A stretch of DNA of 64,000 bases from Octopus sinensis (lineage: Eukaryota). This document shows positions 42,700-56,851 of the stretch, piece by piece. The stretch's first letter is position 1, and each line of letters begins with the position of its first letter. A program made the position numbers and the translations under genes. The notes under the pieces are model-generated. The model saw nothing but the letters and a program-made list of their open reading frames with translations, did no database searches and was not told the origin of the DNA. Where the stretch lies: contig NC_043006.1 in the NCBI RefSeq assembly GCF_006345805.1, positions 44,268,001 to 44,332,000 on the forward strand. The letters are read 5' to 3'.

Positions 42700-43085
42700 A
42701 CTCTTTACTCGTTTCAGTCATTTGACTGCAGCCATGCTGGAGCACCGCCTTTAGTCGAGCAAATCGACCTCAGGACTTATCTTTGGAAGCCTATTGGACT
42801 CTTCTACCAAACCGCTAAGTTACAGGGACGTAAACACCCCAGCATAGATTGTCAAGCGATGTTGGGGGGACAAACACAGACACACACATACTCATATATA
42901 TATATATATATATACATATATATGACAGGCTTCTGTCAGTTTCCCTCAACCAAATCCACTCACAAGCCTTTGGTTGGCCCGAAGCTATAGTAGAAGACAC
43001 TTGCCTAAAGTGCCACACAGGGGGAATGAACCCGGAACCATGTGGTTAATAAGCAAGCTACTTACTACACAGCCACTCCTGCGCC
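42700..43085 (-). mobile_element. SINE family S1 (full length)
   Basis: Reverse complement of the family from ggcgcaggagtggctg to aaagagt. Confidence 0.85.
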
Positions 43086-43192
43086 TATATATATATATAT
43101 ATATATATTATATTAGAGGAAAATTAAAACCGAGGCAGAACAAGTATCTCAAGCCATTTAGAAAAATTTAATTAGAGTAAGGTGAATTTGAA

Positions 43193-43268
43193 GTCTTACA
43201 GCAGTTTCTGGGATAACCCAAGTGGTTGGTTAGCATGTCCATGCACTGGGTATTCCGTCATCAGAGAC
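43193..43268 (-). ncRNA. Type-I hammerhead motif, left arm of inverted repeat
   Basis: GUCU-CUGAUGA-stem II-GAAA-CUGCUG-UA-AGAC; perfect 4-bp stem I, stem III palindrome broken. Confidence 0.6.
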
Positions 43269-43469
43269 AAGGTATGAATATTTTAGACTTCATGGAAGTA
43301 CCAACTAACATCCATATCCTCTGGAAAAAGATGAGTTGTAAACATTATTCCCTTGCCTATATTCTTCTAACTACTTTTTACTCTTTATTCTTCTATTTTA
43401 TTCCTTATAAACTGTGAATTTTACTCCTTGTAAACTGTAAATTTTCTCCATCTAAAATATTCATACCTT

Positions 43470-43545
43470 GTCTCTGATGATGGAATACCCAATGCACGGA
43501 CATGCTAACCAACCACTAGGGTTATCCCAGAAACGGCCGTAGGGC
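43470..43545 (+). ncRNA. Type-I hammerhead motif, right arm of inverted repeat
   Basis: GUCU-CUGAUGA-UGGAAUACCC...GGGUUAUCCCA-GAAA-CGGCCG-UA-GGGC; intact core, palindromic stem III, GUA cleavage triplet; stem I has two G-U pairs. Confidence 0.68.
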
Positions 43546-43772
43546 TTCAAATTCACCTTACCCAAATTAAATTATTCTAAATGACTTGAGATACTCGTTC
43601 TGCCTTGGTTTTAATTTTTCCTCTAATATAATATATACATGCTATAACAGAACCCTAACACAGATCCCTAGATCCAGCCTTAGCTGTGATCTTGGAACCT
43701 AATGGTCGACCAACTATAGCACTTACCCAACGTACCTATTCATTTAGATCACAAGTGAACTAAACCACTCAT

Positions 43773-43819
<47 letters not shown>

Positions 43820-43864
43820 ACAGTTATAAAATCTCGAGAAGAGATAGAGTAGTAATGTATACTG

Positions 43865-44029
43865 AACAGTAAAGCGAGTTGTCACATCAAAGTGGCAGGT
43901 GAAAGTCACGACTAGTTTAACCCCAGGCAGATTCTCCACATCGAAAACCAGCTGGCAGATAATCTGCCTGGGGTTAAACTAGTAGTAACATTCACCTGCC
44001 ACTTTGATGTGGAAACTTGCTCTACTGTT
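43865..44029. repeat. Hairpin element, 69-bp arms, 27-nt loop
   Basis: 43865-43933 vs 43961-44029: 62/69 complementary by manual alignment. Confidence 0.9.
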
Positions 44030-44461
44030 TATTCATATATATATTCATATATATATATATATATATATAACAACAGACATCCACACAGTTTCTGTCGACC
44101 AAATCCACTCACAAGGTATTGTGGGAGCTATAGTAAATGACACTTGCCCAAGGCACCGCACAGTAGGACTGAACCCAAAACCACATGGTTGCAAAGCAAG
44201 CTTCTTAATCACACAGCCACACCTGTACCTATATCTACAACTATATTATCCAATATGTCCATTCTGTAAGGACAGGTATGATTCAGTTCCTAATTCTATG
44301 CAGTCCAGTGACCACAAAGAGAATCCTGCAATGGATAGTGATAGAAATGTATAGTGAACTGAGGCAGAGATTGATCATAGATCTGCAATGAGATAGAACT
44401 AATTAATGGAACTTTACAAAATGAGGAGCATCTTAGTAGTTTAGAATAAACAATGGATATA

Positions 44462-44841
44462 GGCGCAGGAGTGGCTGTGTGGTAAGTAGCTTGCATACAA
44501 ACCACATGGTTCCGGGTTCAGTCCTACTCTGTGGCACCTTGGGCAAGTGTCTTCTGCTATAGCCATGGGTCAACCAAAGCCTTGTGAGTGGATTTGGTAG
44601 ACGGAAACTGAAAGAAGCCTGTCGTATATGTGAGTATGTGTGTGTGTGTGTGTTTGTACCCCCAACATCGCTTGACAACTGATGCTGATGTATTTATGTC
44701 CCTGTAACTTAGCAGTTCAGCAAAAGACACCGACAGAATAAGTAGCAGGCTTACAAAGAATAAGTCCTGGAGTTGATTTGTTCGACTAAAGGCAGTGCTC
44801 CAGCATGGCCACAGTCAAATGACTGAAACAAATAAAAGAGT
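44462..44841 (+). mobile_element. SINE family S1 (full length)
   Basis: Colinear with 2182-2576. Confidence 0.85.
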
Positions 44842-44869
44842 AATGGTATTCTATAAAAAATGGTTTCAA

Positions 44870-45300
44870 ATTTTGGCACAAGGCCAGCAATTTCAAAGGC
44901 AAAGCCTAGTCAATTACATCAACGCCAGTGCTCAACTGTTACTTATTTTACCAGCCCCTGAAAGAATGAAGAGCAAAAAACAACCACAGTGGAATTTGAA
45001 CTCAGAAAGTAAAGACAAACGAAATACCGCTAAGCATTTAGCCCAGTATGTTAATGATTCTGCCAGCTCACTGCCATAAATATTCTATAGATAATCCTAC
45101 TACTCATAGGCACTAAGCTTGAAATTTGAGGGAACTAGTTGATTACATCAGTCCCAGTGATTCACTGATACTTAATTTATCAACCCCGAAAGGATGAAAG
45201 GTAAAGTTGACTGTGGCAGAATTTGATCTCAGAATGTAGCGGCAGATAAAATACTTCAAAGCATTTCATCCAGTGTGCTAATGATTCTGCCAGCTCACCA
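44870..45300 (-). mobile_element. Two adjacent SINE family S2 copies
   Basis: Reverse-complement S2 bodies ending in ctgccagctc at ~45068 and ~45296. Confidence 0.65.
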
Positions 45301-46602
45301 CCTTATGTATTCTATAGATAATGTTATCAAGAGAGGTGCAGGTGTGGCTGTGTCTTTAAGAAGTTGCTTCTCAACCAAATGATCTTGGGTTCAGTCCTAC
45401 TGCATTGTACCTTGGGCAAGTGTTTTCTGCAATAGCCCCAGGGTCAACAAAAGTTTTTTGAGCAAATTTGGTAGACAGAAAATGAAAGAAACCTATGATT
45501 CATATATCAGCATGTGTATGTGTGTGTACCTTTGTCTAAACATTACGAGACAGTTGTAAACGAATATCATCATCATTCAAGTAATGCTTGTTTCCAGTCT
45601 CCCATGAGAAGCATGTCTGGCCATAGGGAAATATTACCTTGCTTAGAAACAGGTAAGGGTCAACAAAAAGAAGGGCATCCAGCCATAGAAAATCTGTCTC
45701 GACAAATTTCGTCTGACTCATACAAACATAGGAAAGTGAGCGTATGATGATGATGGTGGTGGTGGTGGTGGTGATGATATCCAATACCCTCACATTTTGA
45801 AGATTCTGTACATAATTCCATGTTCTATAAATATGCCCTGTGTCTTTGAATAGTCCACAGCAACACTTCTATTGTTTGAGTAGTACCTTATCAGTAGTGC
45901 AACCAATATTATTTCTAGTATTTGCTATTATGCCAGCGTGGAACATAGGCGTTAGATGATGATGATGAGTTTCATGGAGAAAACATCACCCCTGCACACT
46001 CTAAAGATCATATATAATATACATGAAAAAAACTTTATCCCCAAATTAGTTGACAATTTAGAGGAAACTGAGGTTGACTTTCTACTCTATAATTTCAATC
46101 TAGAAATTTAGTTATGATTATAATTCAACTGTTATTCTACATGAAACAAAACGTACTGCGTAAGATGAAGTATAAAAAAAAAAAAAAACTTAAGTAGCTT
46201 TCTTGTTAAAAAATCTTGTAAAACTTGGAATCACTAAAGGAAGTAGGTGAAAAGAGCTGAAAAATCACCCCAGTAAAATATGTAGAAAAGATTATGGTCG
46301 TCATTTGTGTCGTGAGCAACTTCGACTGAATACATTTAAATCATATGACGATTATAGAAAATTAAGGAATTGTCATTTTACTAAAGGATGCAGGCGATTT
46401 CCTAAAATTATTAGATGCGAAACAGACGTTCGTAATGTTTAAGCCAAAAATTAGAAAACCGTTCGCATAGTAGTAAATAGATGTAGAAGAAAGGAAACCA
46501 GTGATGAAAATATGAAGTCGAATGAAAGAAGAAAGAATCAGGTTGAGGGAGTCGTGAAGAAAGAAAAAAATAGAGAACTGTAGAGGGAAGCAGCTACAAG
46601 AG

Positions 46603-46812
46603 ACAGGAAGTCAGCTAAAAAGACGGTTGAGGTTTCGATAGTTTCGTTATAACAGTAAATTTTTTTAAAACATTTTATTTTTTCAACAGACAACAAGCCC
46701 CTAATGATAAATAATATCCTGAAACTGTTGGCAGGAATAATTCAATGTTCTTATTTTGAGATTCTTACCATTCTCATCCAACAGGAAGTAGCTGATGTAC
46801 CACTTCCTGTCT
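46603..46812. promoter_or_regulatory. Cluster of three ACAGGAAGT ETS-type motifs, candidate intronic enhancer or alternative promoter
   Basis: ACAGGAAGT at 46603-46611 and 46781-46789 and its reverse complement at 46802-46810, in non-repetitive, CG-containing sequence. Confidence 0.4.
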
Positions 46813-47480
46813 CTGGAATGACTTTCTTTAACATACCTTAATTCTTCACGAAATTTTTTTCTAACGTTTTTTTGTAATACACTTCCATAATTAAATAACT
46901 AATTAAAACCTAAAGACTACGTAAACTAAACACAACAGCAGATTAACCAGTTTTAAAATAAATACGTAAGAATAATCAAGTACTGGTGTTAAGAGAAGCG
47001 AAGTTTACTAAAATAAATATTTGATGAAGGTATTATTGCTGCTGCTAATATAATTCTACCGGAAACACAGCATCTACAGATTATTAAGAATTCCTCACGA
47101 AATATACAATCATACCCCTACTATGTATGTGTGCGTGTGTAATGCGTGCTATATAGGTGCAGAACCAAAATGTGACATATATATGTATATATATATAATT
47201 GGTGATAATTAAATCAGATGGTTATTTATTATTAAATATGTTTAGATTTTAAAGGCGTATACGGGGAAATATTAACACATATATATATGTGTGTGTGTGT
47301 GTGTAAAATTATAGACAAAAATAGTATGAGAAAAATTTCCAGACATAAACGTTTCTAAGCTATATATATATATTAAAAAAATACGCTTTAAGAGAGGAAG
47401 AACTCTGAGAGAGAATATATCAGATGGGCTCAGTGCCTCACGCCATATTAGAGAGGGAGAGAGGGTGGTGTTGAATTATT

Positions 47481-47539
<59 letters not shown>

Positions 47540-47717
47540 GACACAAATCTGTGTGTAGACACAGATCGGTAGAAACATTAGGGATACACGAGTCGGTTGC
47601 TATAATCATGTTACTGTCATACGAATGAGAATGATAAAAATGAGAAGACAGACAAGATCAGAACAAGAGATGGGGGCTAAATATATTGCAAATATATAAT
47701 CGTCTAGAATGCACAAG

Positions 47718-47758
<41 letters not shown>

Positions 47759-48039
47759 GTGTGTGCGTGTGTATGAACGAGTATTTGTCAACACGGACAC
47801 TTGCAAAATGTTAATTACAATCCGATCCTTTAAAATATAGCAATAACCGTTTAAAATAAAGGAAAAAAATTACAGAGAAAATGAGGTGGGGAAGAAACCA
47901 AAACGAAAAAAATATCTATAAAAATTATACACTATTTCGAAGTATTATTTATAACCTAAGCCAATAACAAAACAACTATCCCACGAAGGTGCAACAATGG
48001 CGTGCCGGAATGACTGCAGTCTTTCCAAGATATTTACAC

Positions 48040-48280
48040 ATACATATACACACACATGCATATATACACATACCTACATATATATATACTACGTGCACAC
48101 ACACACATATATATATACACACACACACATCCACAAACATACATATATATATATACACACACATACAAACATATATATATATATATGTGTACACATACAC
48201 GCAAACATATATATATATATATACATACACATACATATATACACGTACTTAATACATATATGCACACCCTATATATACAC
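48040..48280. repeat. Mosaic (CA)n/(TA)n/(CATA)n low-complexity tract
   Basis: Direct reading; source of several spurious H/I/Y/T-rich ORFs. Confidence 0.95.
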
Positions 48281-49353
48281 ACGTCTTCATGTGGCTGAGA
48301 TGAATTTGGGGGAAGGGCGTGAATCTCAAGACCAGAAACCAGTAGCATCATATAAATAAAACATTTTTTTGTAAAAAAAAAAAAATGGTCTCGAGCTACA
48401 GGAATTAAATGGAAGGAGGGAGAGGTGGGGAGGGTTGGATAAGAAAATGTTTGGGAGTGAAAGAAAGGGAGGTGGGTTACGAAAGGAGGCTAGAGCCTAA
48501 ATAATAGACCCAAATAAAGCAGCATGCTTATTATAGTGGAGACGGTGTTGGTGGTGTGATGGAAGCGGGAGTGGGGGGGGGACTAGTTGGATGGTGGAAA
48601 GAAAGATGCCTAAGCTAGCTAGCAATCAAGGTGTCTGTAGCAGAAGGATTGTCGATGATGATGATGATGACGACTAGAAACAACTTGATTCCTTTGCATC
48701 AAACCTCACAGGAACTAGAAACTGCAAAGAAGGTACTAGGAAAGAGGAATATAGGCGATCGATTTATCATTTAAATTATTTTTAATTTCTTCTATTTTCA
48801 TTTTTTTTTTTTTTTTACATTCTCTATATAAACTGGTACTTGTTCTATCGACTTCCGACTACCGGAAAACAGAACTAAAAGACAACGGTGCTGCTGCTGC
48901 TGTTGTTGATGATGATGATGGCGGTTAAAAGGAAAACGGTATAGGGTTGGTGTCCAGAGACGAAGGGCCATGGCCTTAATCGGTGAGGGAAGCCATCTGA
49001 ATTGAGCAAGGGTGTGTAATGGGGAGAGTGATTCTGGTGCAGATAATACGGAGAGGGGGGAGGTTAAAGATGGCGATGGTGATGGTAGCGAGGGGAGGGG
49101 GAGGGCTGGATAGAAGGAAGATATGTCTGGAAGATTTTTCAGCATCACTGTTATTCCAAATAAAGAGAAGCAGTATAGTAGAAGAGATAGGTGAGACAGA
49201 TAGAGGTAAGGCTAACCAATGTTGGCTCCGAAAATAATATTATGATAACGACTCACTCTCTCTCATTCAAAACTCTTTTAGGAGTGTTCTCAATATGCAT
49301 ATATGTAACATATATGTATATATTGCATACATGCATATATATATGTGTGCGTG

Positions 49354-49400
<47 letters not shown>

Positions 49401-49512
49401 TATATATATACACACACATCAATATGAAGCATATGTATACATACATATGCTTACATATATATACGATACGTATATACATGACATTATACATGCATTTATT
49501 ATCATTCTATAA

Positions 49513-49545
<33 letters not shown>

Positions 49546-49921
49546 TACAGGTGTGTATGTTCATATACTCACACACCTCATCAAAAACATACACTATAAC
49601 CAGCCCCTTTCGGATTATAATCCCAGCTGATAAGGAGCAATATATGCATAATCTTTTATGGAAGTCAATAGACACTTTTGATTAAAAAAACCTTGTTATT
49701 GTTTCCAGTTTCATTCCCACCCACAAAAAAACACTGCTTAAGTTGGTAAAAAAATATCTTAATTATAAAATATATCCACATACCAATGAAGGGAAATGGC
49801 TAAATGCACAGAGAGTATAATTATATTGACTATTTTGGTGAATCACTTCTATGAAATATTTTAATTTTAGAAGCAAAAAAAAAAAAGTTTAGACATTACT
49901 GTCCCATAATTATTGTTGTTA

Positions 49922-52057
<2,136 letters not shown>

Positions 52058-52114
52058 TCGAAGACTAGAGAGATCTATATCATCAAGGCTGACATTCACA
52101 CTCTGGGTCGCCAT
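52058..52114 (-). CDS. msn: Coding exon 1 of misshapen/MAP4K4-TNIK-MINK1-family Ste20 kinase (MATQSVNVSLDDIDLSSLR)
   Basis: Minus strand ctcaacATGGCGACC...CTTCGA|GTAAGT: 57 nt, phase-0 consensus donor. Peptide matches the GCK-IV N-terminus (fly Msn SVNCSLDDIDLTALK, human MAP4K4 SLVDIDLSSLR, recalled). Confidence 0.93.
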
Positions 52115-52950
52115 GTTGAGGGAAGAAAAAGGTAAAGAAAATAGAAGAAACAAGGAAGAAGAAAAAAAAAAAGATATCAGGCAAGGATTCTTATCGTTTT
52201 CGTAGTCAAAATATTTCAGTAGAGCTTCGGCGCCGCCTTTACAAACAAACAGCAGGAAATATAGTTTTTCCTCGTCGATTTTTGTTTTGAATAGATATGA
52301 AATCAATATTTAATATCCCCGATGCTTTACGCCTAAGTAAAAAGTTGGCCCCCTAAATTTTTCGGTAATTTTTTTTTTTTTTTGTGTGGTTTCGGTTTCC
52401 TTCTGTCCTTAACGGTACATTTTTCCTTCGGCAGGTTCAATCACTGATCATGTACGGGGTAAAGTACATGAGTCGCACCAGATGAGATGAGAAGAGAGAG
52501 AGGGGTGACCAAAAATGCTTTAGGAGAAGAGCATGTCCTTTATTTACACATGTAAATATGACTCTCTAGCGAGAAGAGAGTTGCATTCTGGGAGCGTGCC
52601 CGGGCGGCGGCTGCTGTGATGATGATGATGATGTTGTTGTTGATGGTGATGGTTGCAGCAGCGGAAGATGGCGGCGGAGGAAGACGACGGTGGTGATGGT
52701 AGCGGTGGTGGTGGTGGTGGTAGTATGAATGGAGGGAGTGTGTTTACTGACTACAGGTGGCGGCGACGATCTCAGTAACGACCGTAACAAATAATGGTGA
52801 TCGTGATGATCATGATGATGATGGTGTAAGCGATGATGTCAATGAGGGTGTTGGCGATGATAATGATAATAGTGATGGTGGCAGTACTGAGGGAGAATGG
52901 GAGAATGGGGGAAGTAATACCGACAGCTACAAAGGGTTTTAATTTAATTC
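52115..52950. promoter_or_regulatory. 5' UTR / promoter region of the kinase gene
   Basis: Directly upstream of the ATG; visibly CG-richer than background and free of the common SINEs; contains GCGGAAGATGGCGGC (ETS+YY1-like composite, 52661-52675). TSS cannot be placed from sequence. Confidence 0.5.
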
Positions 52951-53115
52951 AGTTCTCAGCAATTAGCATTTCTCATAGTTACTTTTATTTAAAAAATTTT
53001 TCCGAGTCAGTAAAAACAGCTATACTTGAGTATAATGTTTTGTATTTTTGCTTCTGAAATTCATTTGGCTTTTCTTTCTTCTATGAAGTACCAGTAATAT
53101 ACTAGGGAATTCAAA

Positions 53116-53329
53116 GGCGGCGAGCAGACAGAATTGTTAGCATGACAGGCAAAATGTTTAATGACAGTTCGTCCGTTTTACGTTCTGAGTTCAAATTACG
53201 CCGATGTTGACTTCGCCTTTCATCATTTCGTGGGGCGATAAAATAAGTATCAGTTGAACACAGGGGTCGATGTAATCGGCTAACCCCTCCTACTCCGAAA
53301 TTGCTGGCCTTGTGTCAAAATTTGAAATC
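53116..53329 (+). mobile_element. SINE family S2
   Basis: ggcggcgagc head and central domain; near-identical flanking repeat aatatac(t/c)aggg. Confidence 0.75.
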
Positions 53330-54582
53330 AATATACCAGGGCACTCTCTTATTATGTGCGTACTCATATTTTAAGCTATTCCCATCTATAAAAGGGCCGA
53401 CTGCTTCGTAAACAAGCCTTCATCAATAAACTGTTCAGCTTTTGATCCCCTGTCGAGCAGCATATTTATTACCTACTATTACTACTACTACAATTTCTTC
53501 TGCTCCACTGAACCTAAAATAAACTTACTCGATAGCCTCATCTCTTCATGCAGCCATCTATATTGTGAGTCGCCCTCGCAATACAGTATTGAGCCCTTCC
53601 CTAATTCTTCTCCAGAATTGCTTGTCTGCCCATGGGTAGATTACTAACAATTCAGATTAAGTATGAATTATATTAACTTGTACTGGCTATACCTGTCTTC
53701 CAGTCAAAAATGAGTGCCCGAAGAGGGGTATGATTACTGTCTGTTTTTTTTTGTTTTTTTTCCTTAGGTAAATACATTTTTTAAAAAAATTATTCTACCA
53801 TAATTGATCTTTAATGAAGTTCAAAATGTACCACAGACTGCTATTGGTATGCAAGATATAACAAGCTGACCTAGGTGTTTTGTTGTATCTAATTCACCAC
53901 TTCGTGTATGTATATGTATAATATGTAAATGTTAACTGGTTTATCGAGCTAGTTGGTCTGTGTAAGGAAAGGATACGTAGAAACTTGAAAGTGATTAACT
54001 GATATGGTGAAGTAAGAGATGACTAAACAATAGGGTGAGAACCAAGAAATTGAGGAGAAGGATCAGAAAGTTGAACAGAAAATAAAATTGATACATCCTT
54101 TAAATAATTGCAAAATAAGATACAATTAGGACGATAGGCTAAAGTATTGTAAAAAGATGGAAGATGAGAGAAAAGTAGATAGGTAAAATATCTCAAGCAC
54201 CCACAAATAGAAATAGTTATAATTACACGTTAAAATTTTGTGGAAGTGATGGTTTGAGGATAGAAGCTGAGTAGCAGTAAGGTCGGTGCAAAAACAAGGA
54301 AAATAAAAACATTTATTTGCATTTATTTCTTCCCTCACATCATTACAAATTAACTTTACTAATCTTTCTAATTTGATACAAATTTTGTTTTTAAATGTTA
54401 TGAAGCAAAAACAATGATCAGCTTTAAAAGTCAAAATTTTAAAATAGCAACAGATCTGCTTTTCCAAATGTTGCATAGTTATAAGCTTTTTGAGTAAGTT
54501 TCTTTCCAGCATCCAGAAGATTAAAAACTGATTCATTTAAACTGAGTCCGTCTCACTGCTACATGCAATCCAGTAGCTTACC

Positions 54583-55274
54583 CAGCGCTGGATTAACCAT
54601 TAAGCAAAATAAGCATGTGCTTAGGGCATCAAGGGAATGGGAGCACCACAGAAATGGTAGATGGTTTACGGCACAAAAGAAATCACTTTAAACTTTCTAA
54701 AATAATATTCAGGATGCCTTTATCTCTACTAAGTATAGATGCAGATGTGTTGCTTAAGATTAATTTCGAGGATCTGATCAAAGACTTTGCAATTCAAAAA
54801 AGAAGGAGGAAACTTTTCAAATATAAATAAAGTGGAAGTATACAAAAATAAGTGGAGGTGCATGGCTTAGTGGTTAGGGTGTCAGCATCATGATTGTAAG
54901 ATTATGGTTTCGATTCCTGGATTGGGCAACACGTGTTCTTGAGCAAAACACTTCATTTCACGTTGCTCCAGTCCACTCAGCTGGCAAAGATGAGTAACGC
55001 TGCGATGGACTGGCGTCCCGTGCAGCTGGGGAACATATATACCATTGAAACCGGGAAACTGGACACATGAGCCTGGCTAGGCTTTAAAAGGGCGCAAAAG
55101 AGAAAAGAGATACAAAAATAAACATTATTTTCCCTCTACTGATTTGTTTTGTTTTAAAAAATACAAATTTATTTTATGGTTTGTTATTGCTTATATTTTG
55201 AATTACATAATCTTTTATAGGGCACCAAAATCTTTTAAGTGCTTAGGGCCTCGATGGGTCTTAATCCGGCCCTG
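54583..55274 (+). mobile_element. hAT-type MITE with nested SINE
   Basis: TIRs CAGCGCTGGATTAA / TTAATCCGGCCCTG; exact 8-bp TSD AGCTTACC (54575-54582, 55275-55282). Confidence 0.88.
54852..55109 (+). mobile_element. tRNA-derived SINE family S4 nested in hAT MITE
   Basis: A box TGGCTTAGTGG, B-box-like GTTTCGATTCC; exact 12-bp TSD atacaaaaataa (54840-54851, 55110-55121); related decayed copy at ~23317-23570. Confidence 0.85.
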
Positions 55275-55774
55275 AGCTTACCCACTTAAAAAACTTATTC
55301 CCACATAAATGCACAGACACACACATGTACATACACTCCTATATCAGCAGCATGTCATGATGTTTTCCCCATTTCTACATGGGTTGGACAAATGTCCCCC
55401 AGTCCAGTACCTTGCTACTTGTTACAGCCCTTTGACATCTCCACCATCAGACTGAGATTCACTTTAACTACTTCTTCCACAAGTCTTCCTCGGTCTTCCA
55501 TTTGCACAAAATCCTTCTACTTGGATCACCTGGAACTTCTTCACCAAGCTATCATACTCCATATGCATCTTGAACAAGTATCTTCCACTATAAACATCAC
55601 AGGTTCACAAATACATTGTGTGTGGAATTTTGGTACATGGCAAACTATGCTGAAGAATGTCATATGTATGTCTCTTCTATTTTATAATTGTTATAAATCT
55701 TCCACTGAGGAGGGAGCCAGTTTCCAGCAAAGATACAAGTCTCCATCTTTGGGATGTAGTTAACTCAAACAAAT

Positions 55775-56195
55775 TCCCATTTGGAACTTGAGAAAAGTCT
55801 TGCATTTTTCACTGTTCCACTCACAGATTGCACTTGGATTGTACAAATCATCCGGTCGATTTCTCTTTCTGAAAATCCCAGTTTATCTAGATTCTCCTTT
55901 AAACATTTACTAACAAAACCTAGTGCTCCAATTATTATTGCTATGAATATGAATTCATAGTCTGGATATAGAAACTGGAGATTTCAAAGCAGTTATCCAT
56001 AAATATCCTCTTTTTCTTTGATTTTTAAAGAGATATATATCTGCAGGGCAGCTAACCTCTATGATGGTACATACCTTTGCCCCTCTGTCCCAAACAACAA
56101 TATCCAGCCTGTTATGTATACATTTGACAGACGTTTTGATGGGAATATTCCACTAGTATTCCTTGAGTTGGTGTTTATGAATGTATTCCATAACA
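55775..56195 (-). mobile_element. R4/Dong-type non-LTR element 3' fragment (diverged copy 1)
   Basis: WNIPIKTSVKCIHNRLDIVVWDRGAKVCTIIEVSCP restriction-like endonuclease motif with stops. Confidence 0.65.
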
Positions 56196-56321
56196 GATGT
56201 ATGTATGTCATTGTTCAGTTTTATTTCAAGATTTCTTGCCAATAGAGAAAGAGCCAGTTTCTAACCTAGACCCAATTCATTGGAATTTCAACATCAACAA
56301 CAGGGTATTTTTGTTTGTATT

Positions 56322-56851
56322 ATTTGTATATGTGCAGATTTGTATGTTTTGCTTTATGTATGTATTCTCCCACATATAACTGCACATCTAGACATGCTTA
56401 CATATATTTAAATTATAAACTTCTGGAAAGTTTTACAGATTCTTTACAGTTCTTATGATGGATTGGATCTGTAGTCTTTGAATTAGCTTTATCCTTTCTG
56501 GTTTTGAGAAGCCTAATTTCTCAAGAAAGGTATTTAGGTAGTGTGTTACATATCCCATGGCCTCAATAACTACAGATATAAACCTGAACTCGTAACCTGG
56601 ATAGAGTAACTGCAGATTTCTCAATAGTTCAGCATCGGTGTTCTCTTTTTCACTGATCTTCAGCTTTATGTTAACATTTGCTGGGCAGCTAATTTCCACA
56701 ACAGTACACAGTTTCTCTTCTCTATCCCAAATCATTATATCAGGTCTGTTGTGCTTACATTTTATTGAGTCTTCACAGGAACATTCCAACAGTACACCTT
56801 TTTATTATGAGTGGCTGTGGCTTCTACCATACTGTAGGTTCTTATCTCTTT
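56322..56851 (-). mobile_element. R4/Dong-type non-LTR element 3' fragment (copy 2)
   Basis: KHNRPDIMIWDREEKLCTVVEISCP = PD-(D/E)xK-type endonuclease; ORF track 56433-56789. Confidence 0.78.

Larger units (their letters stand above)
43104..43635. repeat. Long inverted repeat, ~184-bp arms, 163-bp spacer (Penelope-like terminal structure)
   Basis: 43104-43287 vs 43451-43635: 15 differences by manual alignment (~92%). Confidence 0.9.

Noticed and set aside
47606-49630. Many 60-120 aa ORFs rich in Y/I/H/T/C/V
   Set aside because: Translations of (TA)n/(CA)n/(CATA)n microsatellites, which lack stops in several frames.
52115-52309. 65 open codons in frame upstream of the kinase ATG (possible N-terminal extension)
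   Set aside because: No ATG, bounded by TAA at 52310-52312; partly pyrimidine-rich sequence depletes stops; homology begins at the called ATG.
54126-54536. 136-aa minus-strand ORF upstream of the kinase
   Set aside because: No recognisable family, low-complexity AT-rich codons, no convincing splice sites.
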